In this document: piece by piece, positions 19,257 to 28,383 of the stretch
How the letters are laid out: the number at the start of each line of letters is the position of its first letter
Position numbering within the stretch: the stretch's first letter is position 1
Source: Candidatus Hermodarchaeota archaeon
GTDB taxonomy: Archaea; Asgardarchaeota; Thorarchaeia; Thorarchaeales; Thorarchaeaceae
NCBI GenBank assembly: GCA_048885865.1
Contig: JBHLLF010000012.1
Coordinates: forward strand, 274 to 64,273
Length of the DNA: 64,000 nt
Direction: 5' to 3'
The notes under the pieces: model-generated
Database searches by the model: none
What the model saw: the letters and a program-made list of their open reading frames with translations, nothing else
What the model was told of the DNA's origin: nothing
Program-made: the position numbers and the translations under genes

Positions 19257-21218
19257 TTGAAGCGAGTCTGCACAGGAATAGTAATGATATTGGCAGCACT
19301 GTTCTTAGTATCTAGTTTGACTGCAGATGTAGCATCGGCAGAGGAAACCCTTGTCGTAGTGCGCGGAGAATTGGTGCCTATCACTGCAAGACTCCTTCAG
19401 AACGGCACCTTCGGAGATCCAGTAATCAACCAGCGTCTTCTTTTCTACGATCAGACGCAAGATATCTTCATTGGATCTGCCTTTACAGACACCAATGGCT
19501 ATGCAATAGTACCCTGGAATGTTTCGATCAATCACCCTTTGGGACTGTGCATGTTAAATGTAACATTTGAGGGAAACACTTCGCTTTCTTTGTTTCCTTC
19601 CTGCCAATGGTCTTCAGTCATTGTGGTTTCTACGACAGTTATAGAGGTTCAAGTCAAAGAGAACTCTATTCACCCAGAGGATGAAATTGTTCTTACTGCC
19701 AAAATCACTGATGATCATAATGCATCAATTAGTGGGGTCACTATGGCTGTTTATAGTGAAGGTGCCCTTCTAGCAGTTGCTCCAACGAATGCTAGCGGCT
19801 ATGCAACTTTCATTATAGATTGCAATAACACATGGTGTATCATTGGACAAAACACATTGAGAATAGTCTTCGAACAGGATATGGTACGCTTCCTAAACGG
19901 TTCACAGATTCCGATATCTGTAAACGTTCACCAAATAGCGACATCTATTGAAATAGAAGATTTCTACAACTCTACAGTTCATTTGAATGACTCATTCTGG
20001 TTGCAGATGACAGTTCTGGCTGAGGGTCAGAACCACTCCGATGCACCACTTGTTGTGTTTCTTGATGAAAATCCAATAGATGCTATCGTGAGCGACATAG
20101 ATGGTATTGCAGAGCTAAGTCTAGATATTGATTCACGGTATATACTTGGGATGCACACCATTAAGATAGAATATTTGGGGACCTTCCGTTATGAATCGTC
20201 ATACAAAGAACTTAACATATCCGTGATAAGCCCCGCAGCAATCTACATTGAATTGCCAGATTCAATCCCTGTAGGAGTAGAATCTGAAGTCCAAGTAACA
20301 CTCCATGATCTCTTTATGAGACCGATTCACAATGCCACTGTAACGCTATTTGATGAACGTACTCATGAGTTGCATTTGATATCATTCTCCTTTGGACAAA
20401 TCACAGCTACTTCACGCATTGCCTTCAATGGCCCTCTTGGACCCAGAAATCTACAGTTCGAGGTTTCACATTCATTCTTGACAGATAAAACTAGAATAAT
20501 CCCAGTTATAGTTTGGTCGCAGCCTTACATCATCATGACCTATCAAAACATACGAGGCTATGCATCGCCTTCTCAAGTTGTGACGTTCCAAATTCAGCTA
20601 AATGCAAGTGGAATCAATATACCGGAACGACCAATTGCGTGGCAAATTGGAGACCACTTGGTGACTACGTCTATCACCAATAATGACGGTGTTGCAGAAG
20701 CCGCATTTCCCGTTTCTTCAGTAGAAGGTCCCTATCTATTAGTCATAAGCTATAATGGTAGCATACTAAACTACGAACTACCCGCAGTCTTAGAATATGA
20801 AATCATTGTCAGCAGAGTTGTTCCGGTAGCTGTGAATATGGTGAAGTATTCGGTTTATCCCTCTCTTCAAGAAATTGTAGTTCAATTATCCATCATAGCA
20901 CTGAATGGCACCCCTCTAGAAGATGTAAATCTGTCCTATGAGTGGCTAGGCCAAAGAAGTCTTGCTAAGAGTCACGAGTCGGGCATTGTAGAGATTAGTC
21001 TTCGCATTCCCACGGAATCAGGTGTCTATAACCTATATTATGAAACAGAGGAAGCCGCGTTCGCACAATCTTCCACTGGATACCACATCATTATCATCTC
21101 TAGCGCAGAAGCAATGGCTGGTCAAGGTGTAGGAATTCCCATCATCGTGCTCAGCCTTAGCGTATCAGTTGCACTTGCTAGCATACCGGTTCTATGGCGA
21201 CGCCGTCTAATAGGATGA
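19257..21218 (+). CDS. Secreted, membrane-anchored Ig-like repeat surface protein
   Basis: Signal peptide, repeated T(D/N)xxGxA beta-sandwich motifs, N-x-S/T sequons, C-terminal TM plus RRR. Confidence 0.75.
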   Translation: MKRVCTGIVMILAALFLVSSLTADVASAEETLVVVRGELVPITARLLQNGTFGDPVINQRLLFYDQTQDIFIGSAFTDTNGYAIVPWNVSINHPLGLCMLNVTFEGNTSLSLFPSCQWSSVIVVSTTVIEVQVKENSIHPEDEIVLTAKITDDHNASISGVTMAVYSEGALLAVAPTNASGYATFIIDCNNTWCIIGQNTLRIVFEQDMVRFLNGSQIPISVNVHQIATSIEIEDFYNSTVHLNDSFWLQMTVLAEGQNHSDAPLVVFLDENPIDAIVSDIDGIAELSLDIDSRYILGMHTIKIEYLGTFRYESSYKELNISVISPAAIYIELPDSIPVGVESEVQVTLHDLFMRPIHNATVTLFDERTHELHLISFSFGQITATSRIAFNGPLGPRNLQFEVSHSFLTDKTRIIPVIVWSQPYIIMTYQNIRGYASPSQVVTFQIQLNASGINIPERPIAWQIGDHLVTTSITNNDGVAEAAFPVSSVEGPYLLVISYNGSILNYELPAVLEYEIIVSRVVPVAVNMVKYSVYPSLQEIVVQLSIIALNGTPLEDVNLSYEWLGQRSLAKSHESGIVEISLRIPTESGVYNLYYETEEAAFAQSSTGYHIIIISSAEAMAGQGVGIPIIVLSLSVSVALASIPVLWRRRLIG

Positions 21219-21227
21219 TAATAGAAT

Positions 21228-21334
21228 TGGTGCTCCGGCCGGGATTTGAACCCGGGTCGAGGGATCGAGAGTCCCTCATGCTGGGCCGGACTACATACGG
21301 TTGCATCATGACTTCATGAAGCATCTACCGGAGC
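21228..21334 (-). tRNA. tRNA-Glu(CTC) with 29-nt intron at about position 10/11 (21296-21324)
   Basis: Acceptor GCTCCGG/CCGGAGC, anticodon arm AGGGA-CTCTCGA-TCCCT, T-arm GGTTCAAATCC, encoded CCA; BHB-like splice geometry. Confidence 0.9.
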
Positions 21335-21434
21335 TAAGGCGCACCAGTCCGGAGCGGGTGTGCTCACTCCAGACTACAAATAAGGCTTTCCCCAAATCTT
21401 TCGCCAAATCACACAAGCAGCGTTAAATCATTAG

Positions 21435-21629
21435 TCATGGAAATAGACTCGTGAAGCTACTCCAGCTGTCCTCAAGAATCTGAAAGAGTCCTGCTACAAC
21501 GTCTTGTGCCCAACCTGTTGCCTGCAGTATCACAGCAATGACTATCGACACAGTAACCACGGCAATACCAAGCAGGAGACTCTCTTCAACGAGAGGGCCG
21601 CCCTTTTCATCCCTTATCGGGTCATGCAT
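21435..21629 (-). CDS. Class III signal peptide pilin (Flp/archaeal type IV-like)
   Basis: MHDPIRDEKG|GPLVEE followed by a hydrophobic helix; GGTGG RBS upstream of the ATG at 21629. Confidence 0.75.
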   Translation of the reverse strand: MHDPIRDEKGGPLVEESLLLGIAVVTVSIVIAVILQATGWAQDVVAGLFQILEDSWSSFTSLFP

Positions 21630-21698
21630 AGAATTCCACCTGATTACCTGTCCATGGAATGGTATTTTAACTGCCCTCAAAAACGAAACAGGATGCCC

Positions 21699-23390
21699 TC
21701 AGATCCGTGCAAACCACAATGACTGCCCTTTAGTCCAAATCTCTTTTCCCAAGCTTCGGCTTCCACTATTGTCTGATGTTTGTAACCTTTCGGATAGAAG
21801 ATTGACTATTTCGTTGTATGCTTGAATATGACTTTCATGTCCAGCTGCACGTGCAAAGGAAAGATACGCGCCGTCTGTTGCCCAATGCAATTCTTGCGAT
21901 GAATTGCAATTGTAGACTGTACTGAGTCCTACGAACTTGAGTACTCCTTCTGAAACTGTTCTTTGGACTTCAGCAATCTCGCTGACGCGTCTAATCGACT
22001 CTCCAGGTACTGGTCGTACCATTGTCACAATCAAATCCATCATAGCTATACTAGATTTGTCGATATTGTGCCCAGTTGTCCAACGGGACACAAGACTAGC
22101 TGCAGAAGAGCTATGACAGGTTTGCATTGCACGAAGACCTGCTGCAATAGCTTGGAAAAGTGCTTGGCTGTGCTCTGCAGTTTGGATCTCACCAAGCACA
22201 AGATAGTCTGGCGACCTATGGAGGGTTTTCACAATCTCTAACGATTTGTCGAAATGCCCATCTACTTCATCAACGGGGTCGACTTTGAAACGAACTTGGT
22301 TGTGATCGTGAAGACTTCTGCTTTCTACTGCATCTTCTATGTAGATTTTTCTCCAGGTTTTTGGGCTATCCAAGTCAAGTGCATTCAATAGAGTAGTCTT
22401 ACCTGTCCCAGGACTTCCAGTTATCGTTATGTTAAACCTGCACCCCAGTGCCAAAAGAAGTGCTGCCGCCGCTTCAATTGGAAGTGTGCCATTGCGAATT
22501 AGGTCCAAAATGGTGAAAGCATTCCTCCGCGCCCGTCGAATTTCCATATGCAACCCATCAGGGCTTAATGGCGGCAGGCTGGCAGATACTCGCAGATTCG
22601 TATCAAAGAGATTCAAGTCAGTCTTCAAAGAAGGATTTCTCCTATCTAGATGGAGGTTACTCTCTGCACGTAGTAGTGTGGTTAGACGAGGGACATCTTC
22701 TTGCTGAAGCTCATGTTTTGAGATACATCTTCCTAACCTACAATGGTCAAAATAGATAGGCTTTCCTGGACGGTCCATGTACACTTCTTCCACGTCATCA
22801 TCCAACAGAATTGGGAGGAATGGTTCTAGCACAGTTGTTTTGTTTGCCACTATCATAGAGATTCTTTCTCGTGTCGTGCTGCCTATCTCAGGTAACGATG
22901 TCAGGAGGTTTCTACAAACATTGTCAGCAACCTGCCGAAGTCGAGTTGAAATATCAGACCTTCCTATTGACTGCCGGAGATTACTTCGAATTGATTCACT
23001 CAGTTTCTGCATGAGTCCATACTCGAGCGAAGTCCTCACTAGTGGATGCGAACGATGAAAAATCCCTCTTCTACCTGCTCTCGAGAAGTAGAACGAAAGA
23101 TATGGACCTACCAAGTAAGCATCTACTGGAATCCAATCACTGTCTGGAAACTCGTGATCACCTATATAGACTGACTCCCATCCATCTCCTTTCCAAGGAG
23201 GATTTGTTGAGATTGGACCAGAAATTCCACTCAGATGAATGAGCCTTCTAGAGTCCTCCAGAATCAGCACCCTCTTCCTATTCTCTTCTTCAAATACCAT
23301 AGAGAGCCTAGTGCATTCTGAAGCCGTTCTCTCAGAACAATCCTTGCATCTTGTGTCCGGACATCTGATTAATTCGAGCGTATCTTCCAT
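21699..23390 (-). CDS. Type II/IV secretion ATPase (VirB11/TadA/FlaI family)
   Basis: Walker A GSPGTGKT, Asp box IED, Walker B RSPDYLVLGEI, His box TCHS; Cys-rich N-terminus. Confidence 0.88.
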   Translation of the reverse strand: MEDTLELIRCPDTRCKDCSERTASECTRLSMVFEEENRKRVLILEDSRRLIHLSGISGPISTNPPWKGDGWESVYIGDHEFPDSDWIPVDAYLVGPYLSFYFSRAGRRGIFHRSHPLVRTSLEYGLMQKLSESIRSNLRQSIGRSDISTRLRQVADNVCRNLLTSLPEIGSTTRERISMIVANKTTVLEPFLPILLDDDVEEVYMDRPGKPIYFDHCRLGRCISKHELQQEDVPRLTTLLRAESNLHLDRRNPSLKTDLNLFDTNLRVSASLPPLSPDGLHMEIRRARRNAFTILDLIRNGTLPIEAAAALLLALGCRFNITITGSPGTGKTTLLNALDLDSPKTWRKIYIEDAVESRSLHDHNQVRFKVDPVDEVDGHFDKSLEIVKTLHRSPDYLVLGEIQTAEHSQALFQAIAAGLRAMQTCHSSSAASLVSRWTTGHNIDKSSIAMMDLIVTMVRPVPGESIRRVSEIAEVQRTVSEGVLKFVGLSTVYNCNSSQELHWATDGAYLSFARAAGHESHIQAYNEIVNLLSERLQTSDNSGSRSLGKEIWTKGQSLWFARI

Positions 23391-23440
23391 TCACATCCTC
23401 GCCTTTGGGAGTATAATTCAAATCGGTGTCACATGATTAT

Positions 23441-24478
23441 CTAGGTTAGAGAAACTGATGCAATCACTTTCTTCATCATTCCGAAATGGTCCCGAATGCT
23501 GTACTCAGCCACTTGAGTCGCTTCCGAGGCAAGCTTCTGAGTAAGCACAGACCGTTTTCCATGTTCATCTGCAACTAGACGATCGCTTGCGTAGGCGGCG
23601 GAAACAGTGAATATGAAGGGATTTCTTCCTCCTCTCTTTGAAGCCGGTATCATCTCTAGAACTTCAAGGATCTTATCTCTGAGAGCATTCTCATACTTCT
23701 TTGACTCCCATCCACGAGCTATCACCTTTTTGAGCACCTTTTCACTATTCATCAACATAGACAAGACTCTTGGCACATAGTCATCTGGACGTCGAATTTC
23801 AGGGGCAACACCTGTTAGTGATTTGAGTTTCAGTGCTTCTCTAACAATAGCCCTGACATTAACACGATGACCACATTTCTCGAATGTATTGGCTATCTCA
23901 TCCAAGGTGATTGGTGCCCCATCCTTGAATTCTCTAACAGCCATTAGAAGACATACAGCTATGAGCAGGATATTGTTGTTAACCTTCTCCGAAGACTCAG
24001 AGGATATCTTCTTGTAGAGATAGGCAGTGCGATCACGGACCTGTTCATTTAGCATTAGCAGCTTAGAAACATGGTTGAGAGTTCTGAGAGCTCTATACTT
24101 TGCTTCATTTCTGCCAATCCGTATTCGCGTGCTGTATATCATCTTAAGCCGCTTGAATTTCTTCTGCGATCGTGCTGTGAGAGTCTGACCTTGTGCATCT
24201 TGGAAATATCTGTCTTTATGGAAGCCAATATAGCTCCCTAAACCGTCAACAATATGCATACGATTTCCAAGAGATACGTATACACTTGCATCAGGTGCAC
24301 CGTCAGATACCTTTTCACCCATCTGGTAGGTAGGTGACACGTATTCTCTAGAGATTACTAGACCGCATTCTACACATACAATATAGCCCTGGTTTGCCGT
24401 TATTAGACCGGAACAGTCGGGGCAAGACCAAGACGAGTTTTGAATAGCCTTGAATGTTTCATCAATCAAAGACCACAC
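23441..24478 (-). CDS. Transcription factor B (TFB/TFIIB) paralog
   Basis: Zn ribbon CPDC..CVECGLV, two cyclin-fold repeats (GRNP, TQKLASEAT..EYSIR). Confidence 0.8.
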   Translation of the reverse strand: MWSLIDETFKAIQNSSWSCPDCSGLITANQGYIVCVECGLVISREYVSPTYQMGEKVSDGAPDASVYVSLGNRMHIVDGLGSYIGFHKDRYFQDAQGQTLTARSQKKFKRLKMIYSTRIRIGRNEAKYRALRTLNHVSKLLMLNEQVRDRTAYLYKKISSESSEKVNNNILLIAVCLLMAVREFKDGAPITLDEIANTFEKCGHRVNVRAIVREALKLKSLTGVAPEIRRPDDYVPRVLSMLMNSEKVLKKVIARGWESKKYENALRDKILEVLEMIPASKRGGRNPFIFTVSAAYASDRLVADEHGKRSVLTQKLASEATQVAEYSIRDHFGMMKKVIASVSLT

Positions 24479-24658
24479 CCATATACCGCATGGGTTCGGG
24501 TCCTAACTAGATTTCAGGAGGGTTTCAGTCCGTTCTTCAGAACATGCTGTTCTACAGAGCTAATTCTCAGTGCTTTACAGAGGGTGTTAACAGTCTGGAC
24601 TGACAGAAAGAGAGATGCCCGAAACTATTACATGGAGTATGAACTCTCGAAGACATTT

Positions 24659-25024
24659 TCACATTATAGCTACCAAGAACCTGTTTTGGTCAAACGTCTT
24701 TCGTTGAGCAGCTGTAGGATTACTGAGATCAAGAGTCATTCTAAGCCCTCCTATCGTGCCAGTAACTTCAATCCCATTTTCGTCTCTTATTCGAAACACC
24801 TTGCCTTCCGCATACAGCTTGGCATTCTCTCCTCTTGCAATTGGTTTCGAATCGAAAATAACAGTGACCTCGTCCCTTAGCTTAATCGTACCAGACAGGA
24901 CTTCAGGAAGCTCTAATGAAATCCGTGCACCTTCTTCTTTGGCAATCATCGTGACAACTTTCAGCCTCTTTGTTTCGGTGTCTTCAATTGAGTCAACTGT
25001 GGCATTCTTTAGCCTGATTACCAT
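24659..25024 (-). CDS. rpo8: RNA polymerase subunit Rpo8 (RpoG/RPB8 homolog)
   Basis: OB-fold with Y.EGKVFRI...TIGGLRM, resembling RPB8 GK.Y...SFGGLLM. Confidence 0.7.
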   Translation of the reverse strand: MVIRLKNATVDSIEDTETKRLKVVTMIAKEEGARISLELPEVLSGTIKLRDEVTVIFDSKPIARGENAKLYAEGKVFRIRDENGIEVTGTIGGLRMTLDLSNPTAAQRKTFDQNRFLVAIM

Positions 25025-25088
25025 ATTCTCACGCTCCTCGGCGCTTGGTTGGCGGTCAGTCTGGAATTAAAGTTGTCGTTCTATTCGT

Positions 25089-27137
25089 GTGCTGTTTTTT
25101 AGGCAACATACTGACCGGGGTTTGGTGGGTTTCTTGAGCCAAAGGACATTAGCATCAGTCATTGCCTGCGCATGTATTGTATTCGCCCTTGTCGCACCTG
25201 TTTCTGCATTCTACTTCGAATTCCACTACTTCGAAACTGACAAGCTAGCGTATGAAGTAGGTGAAACAATAAACATGGTTGCTGAACTTATTGCTGATTT
25301 CAGTGGAGATGGGTGGTGCTATGTGTCGTTTGCAGTAGTGACCGATCAAGGTCCTGTATTCTCAGATCTCTATTATATCTCACCCTCAATTGACGTACGA
25401 CACTTCAATTCATCCTACACCATCCTCCCAGGAGACACCTCACCAGGAGTAAATGGCACCCAAGCCTATGTAATCTTCAATGTCGAGATCTATGACTCCT
25501 ATTCACAGGGCGAGGGAGATACTGTTGTTGTGAATATAACAAGGGGCCATCTTGGTGTTCTTCCGCTATCACCTTTGAACATTGAATTCAACAAAAATTC
25601 CACCCTTGCCTTTAAAGTTGCAAGTACACACAACCAGTCCATTCCATACAGGAACAGCCCTGTGACAGTCACACTTCTCAATTCGACATCTGATTCAATA
25701 CTAGAAATTGATACGACAACATCCTCGGACGGAGAAATATGGATTAACTGGACTGAAACCACAGGCCCTCCTGGTGATTATACAGTTACAATAGCAGGTA
25801 ATGGAACGGAGAGCTTCCTTCCCTTTTCAGATTCTTTCCCCCTCGTAGCAACAAGAGCGATTTCCAATCTAACAATCTTGTCTGCACCACCATCAATTCA
25901 TTGCCAAACACCAGATGGCAGTCAAACCGAATCCGCTGACATATTGGTAGATCAGAAGACGCAAGACGGTCAGCTGATTTCTGATAGTACGATTCTGTGG
26001 ACTACGACCTTTTCTTCGGGTACAATGAACAAACTTGGTAACGGACTCTACAGTGTGTCAATACCATTCACTGTCAAACCAGGCCTATATAGTGTGAATC
26101 TTACAGCAATCAACCCTCTTTATCGAAATGAATCTGAATCGGTCACAATTGATGTGATTCCCTATGATGTTCATCTTTCAACAGCAAATGCTACGTGGTA
26201 TGCCAAGCGAGGAAACAATGTTACCTTGATTGTAAGTATCAATTCCACCTTACTGCAGAGCCAGCTAATTCCAATAGAAATCTTTGATTCAATTGGAGAA
26301 ATCAATGTCACTGTATCAGTCATTGCTAACAGTCAAGCGGAAGTTACACTCTCTATCAGCAGCGATACATCACTAGGTTCTCATTCAATGTCCATTGAAA
26401 TACTCGAAAGTGCGTACAGCGTTCAGAATCTCCTTGACCTGAAAATCAATGTTCATGGAGTCATCGATGTTGATGTCGTGTTCAACTTAGTCTATTATGG
26501 GGAGATTACTCAGGTCGATATCAATGCTACAGATGATAATGGCCAGAGTGTTGGGTTCATTGATTTGAGAATCTATGCTGATTCAGCCCTTACACCCTTT
26601 TTCACAATTAGCAATGCAGATGCCACGTCCCCAATAGAAGTTCCCTTTTTGTTCGATATCTATCCTGGATCACACACTCTTCATTTGTACATAAGCAGTC
26701 CTTGGTGTGAAGAAGCAAATATCTCAGAATCCATGACCGTCTGGATGAGAACTAGCATTGTGATAATCATTGGGGACTCCACTTCTCCTGGACCTATATC
26801 TCCCTCTCCTACAGACTATGACTCGGATCTTATTCTCTCCACGATTTCATTCGGCTCAATCAGCAATCCTCCACCAATCTTAGTGAGTGAAACCACGTCG
26901 ATAGAGTTGCCAACTGCTCTTGAAACCTCTCTGGAGAGCTGTCCTAGACTAAGCTCCGGCACTAGCAATCGATCAACTGATTCAGCAAATTCTCTTATCT
27001 CAGAGTCTGGAAACGGCCATGCAGTTCTCAAACGCAACGATCTCAGAGGAGGGACTCCTGAACTCCTAGCAATCAACTCTTCTACCGATCTTGATGTGCA
27101 CCCATACGATATAATTCCCCATTCAGCTGACTCTTGA
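25089..27137 (+). CDS. Secreted Ig-like domain protein; C-terminus overlaps the opposite-strand gene
   Basis: Signal peptide, beta-rich repeats, many sequons; last 322 bp antisense to the oxidoreductase gene; start uncertain. Confidence 0.7.
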   Translation: MLFFRQHTDRGLVGFLSQRTLASVIACACIVFALVAPVSAFYFEFHYFETDKLAYEVGETINMVAELIADFSGDGWCYVSFAVVTDQGPVFSDLYYISPSIDVRHFNSSYTILPGDTSPGVNGTQAYVIFNVEIYDSYSQGEGDTVVVNITRGHLGVLPLSPLNIEFNKNSTLAFKVASTHNQSIPYRNSPVTVTLLNSTSDSILEIDTTTSSDGEIWINWTETTGPPGDYTVTIAGNGTESFLPFSDSFPLVATRAISNLTILSAPPSIHCQTPDGSQTESADILVDQKTQDGQLISDSTILWTTTFSSGTMNKLGNGLYSVSIPFTVKPGLYSVNLTAINPLYRNESESVTIDVIPYDVHLSTANATWYAKRGNNVTLIVSINSTLLQSQLIPIEIFDSIGEINVTVSVIANSQAEVTLSISSDTSLGSHSMSIEILESAYSVQNLLDLKINVHGVIDVDVVFNLVYYGEITQVDINATDDNGQSVGFIDLRIYADSALTPFFTISNADATSPIEVPFLFDIYPGSHTLHLYISSPWCEEANISESMTVWMRTSIVIIIGDSTSPGPISPSPTDYDSDLILSTISFGSISNPPPILVSETTSIELPTALETSLESCPRLSSGTSNRSTDSANSLISESGNGHAVLKRNDLRGGTPELLAINSSTDLDVHPYDIIPHSADS

Positions 27138-27952
27138 CCTGAAACTACCACATCTGTAAGAAGCGTCCGTTCATTCTGAATTTTCGTTGAGATCCTACGA
27201 ATCAATTTGTCATGTACTTCAGGATCCGATGTCCTTCGATAGCCATATTCATCATGCGTTGACCCAGTGACAAGCAGGTTGTGGCCTTCACCGAACCTTG
27301 GCATTTGCATCCAACCATTCTCATTGAATCCATCAAATGGAGGAATTCCCACCTTTGCATACCTTCGCTGAACCTCAAGACTTTCCTTTGTGTTCACAAC
27401 AACTCTCTCTCGAGAATGTCCCACGATTTCATCTGAAAGAATTACCACTGGATGTCTAAGCTTCTCCGAGAGATGAAAGGCACGCAACGTGAGTTCGAAC
27501 GTTTCCTGTGCAGAATTAGGACAAAGCACCACGCTCTCAACGTCACCGTGTGTACCCCATCTTGATTGCTGGAAATCTCCCTGTGCGCCTTTTGTAGCCT
27601 GCCCAGTGCTAGGTCCTGCACGCTGGACATCTACAATGACACAAGGAGTTTCAGTCATAATTGCATATCCTATGTTTTCCTGCATGAGACTAAAACCAGG
27701 GCCGGATGTTGCCGTCATTGACAAGGTGCCGCCCCATGAGGCACCGATTACTGCAGATATCGCACCTATCTCATCCTCCATTTGAAGATAGGTCCCTCCG
27801 ACACTTGGAAGACTCTCTGCCATTATTTCTGCAATCTCAGAGGCTGGAGTGATTGGATAGCCAGCAAAGAACCGGCATCCTGCTGCAATTGCAGCTTCGG
27901 CACATGCCTGATTTCCCTGCCAGAAGTTGACTGATAAATCGCGACCGGCCAT
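26816..27952 (-). CDS. 2-oxoacid:ferredoxin oxidoreductase alpha subunit (KorA-like)
   Basis: GYPITPASE, QMEDEI, TATSGPGFSLMQE and VQRAGPSTG motifs. Confidence 0.92.
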   Translation of the reverse strand: MAGRDLSVNFWQGNQACAEAAIAAGCRFFAGYPITPASEIAEIMAESLPSVGGTYLQMEDEIGAISAVIGASWGGTLSMTATSGPGFSLMQENIGYAIMTETPCVIVDVQRAGPSTGQATKGAQGDFQQSRWGTHGDVESVVLCPNSAQETFELTLRAFHLSEKLRHPVVILSDEIVGHSRERVVVNTKESLEVQRRYAKVGIPPFDGFNENGWMQMPRFGEGHNLLVTGSTHDEYGYRRTSDPEVHDKLIRRISTKIQNERTLLTDVVVSGQESAEWGIISYGCTSRSVEELIARSSGVPPLRSLRLRTAWPFPDSEIREFAESVDRLLVPELSLGQLSREVSRAVGNSIDVVSLTKIGGGLLIEPNEIVERIRSES

Positions 27953-28057
27953 GAAGTATAATCCTCAGGGCGGCTGTCCCACAAGTCCTTGATAAGCGTT
28001 GACTTGGAGTACTTTGCCGATAGTCTTTTATCATGCACCACAAGGATGGCCTCTTCA

Positions 28058-28161
28058 GCGGCCGTAGTCTAGCCTGGTTAGGACGGAGGCCTCCCAAGCC
28101 TCCAACCCGGGTTCGAATCGACATACGACTCTCGCGTGTTGAGATAATCCCGGCGGCCGCA
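28058..28161 (+). tRNA. tRNA-Gly(CCC) with 30-nt intron in the T-loop (about 28117/28119-28146/28148)
   Basis: Acceptor GCGGCCG/CGGCCGC, anticodon arm GAGGC-CTCCCAA-GCCTC, T-arm CCGGG-TTCGAAT-[insert]-CCCGG. Confidence 0.88.
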
Positions 28162-28206
28162 CATTCTTTTCGTCAGACTTAAGGACAAGTAGACTAAGTT
28201 GAGAGC

Positions 28207-28279
28207 GGCGAGTGATGACTGCCATGACCCCAATGAGTCCAGAGTGACGATGATATGGATCTTGAGTAACGAGCTCGCC
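28207..28279 (+). ncRNA. Candidate C/D box sRNA
   Basis: Terminal stem GGCGAG/CTCGCC, C box GTGATGA, C'-like GTGACGA, degenerate D/D' boxes (ATGA, TTGA). Confidence 0.35.
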
Positions 28280-28383
28280 ACTATTACTTTCGGCTAGCAC
28301 CACTTCTCGCATACATTTAATCGAACAATTCGCATAACTCTTTTAAGTTGCTGATTTGTTTCTATTTCGGACTGGGATGACTC

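Noticed and set aside
15260-23390. Integrated conjugative element at tRNA-Glu
   Set aside because: No integrase, relaxase or duplicated tRNA end; genes lie on both sides of the tRNA and are interleaved with core genes
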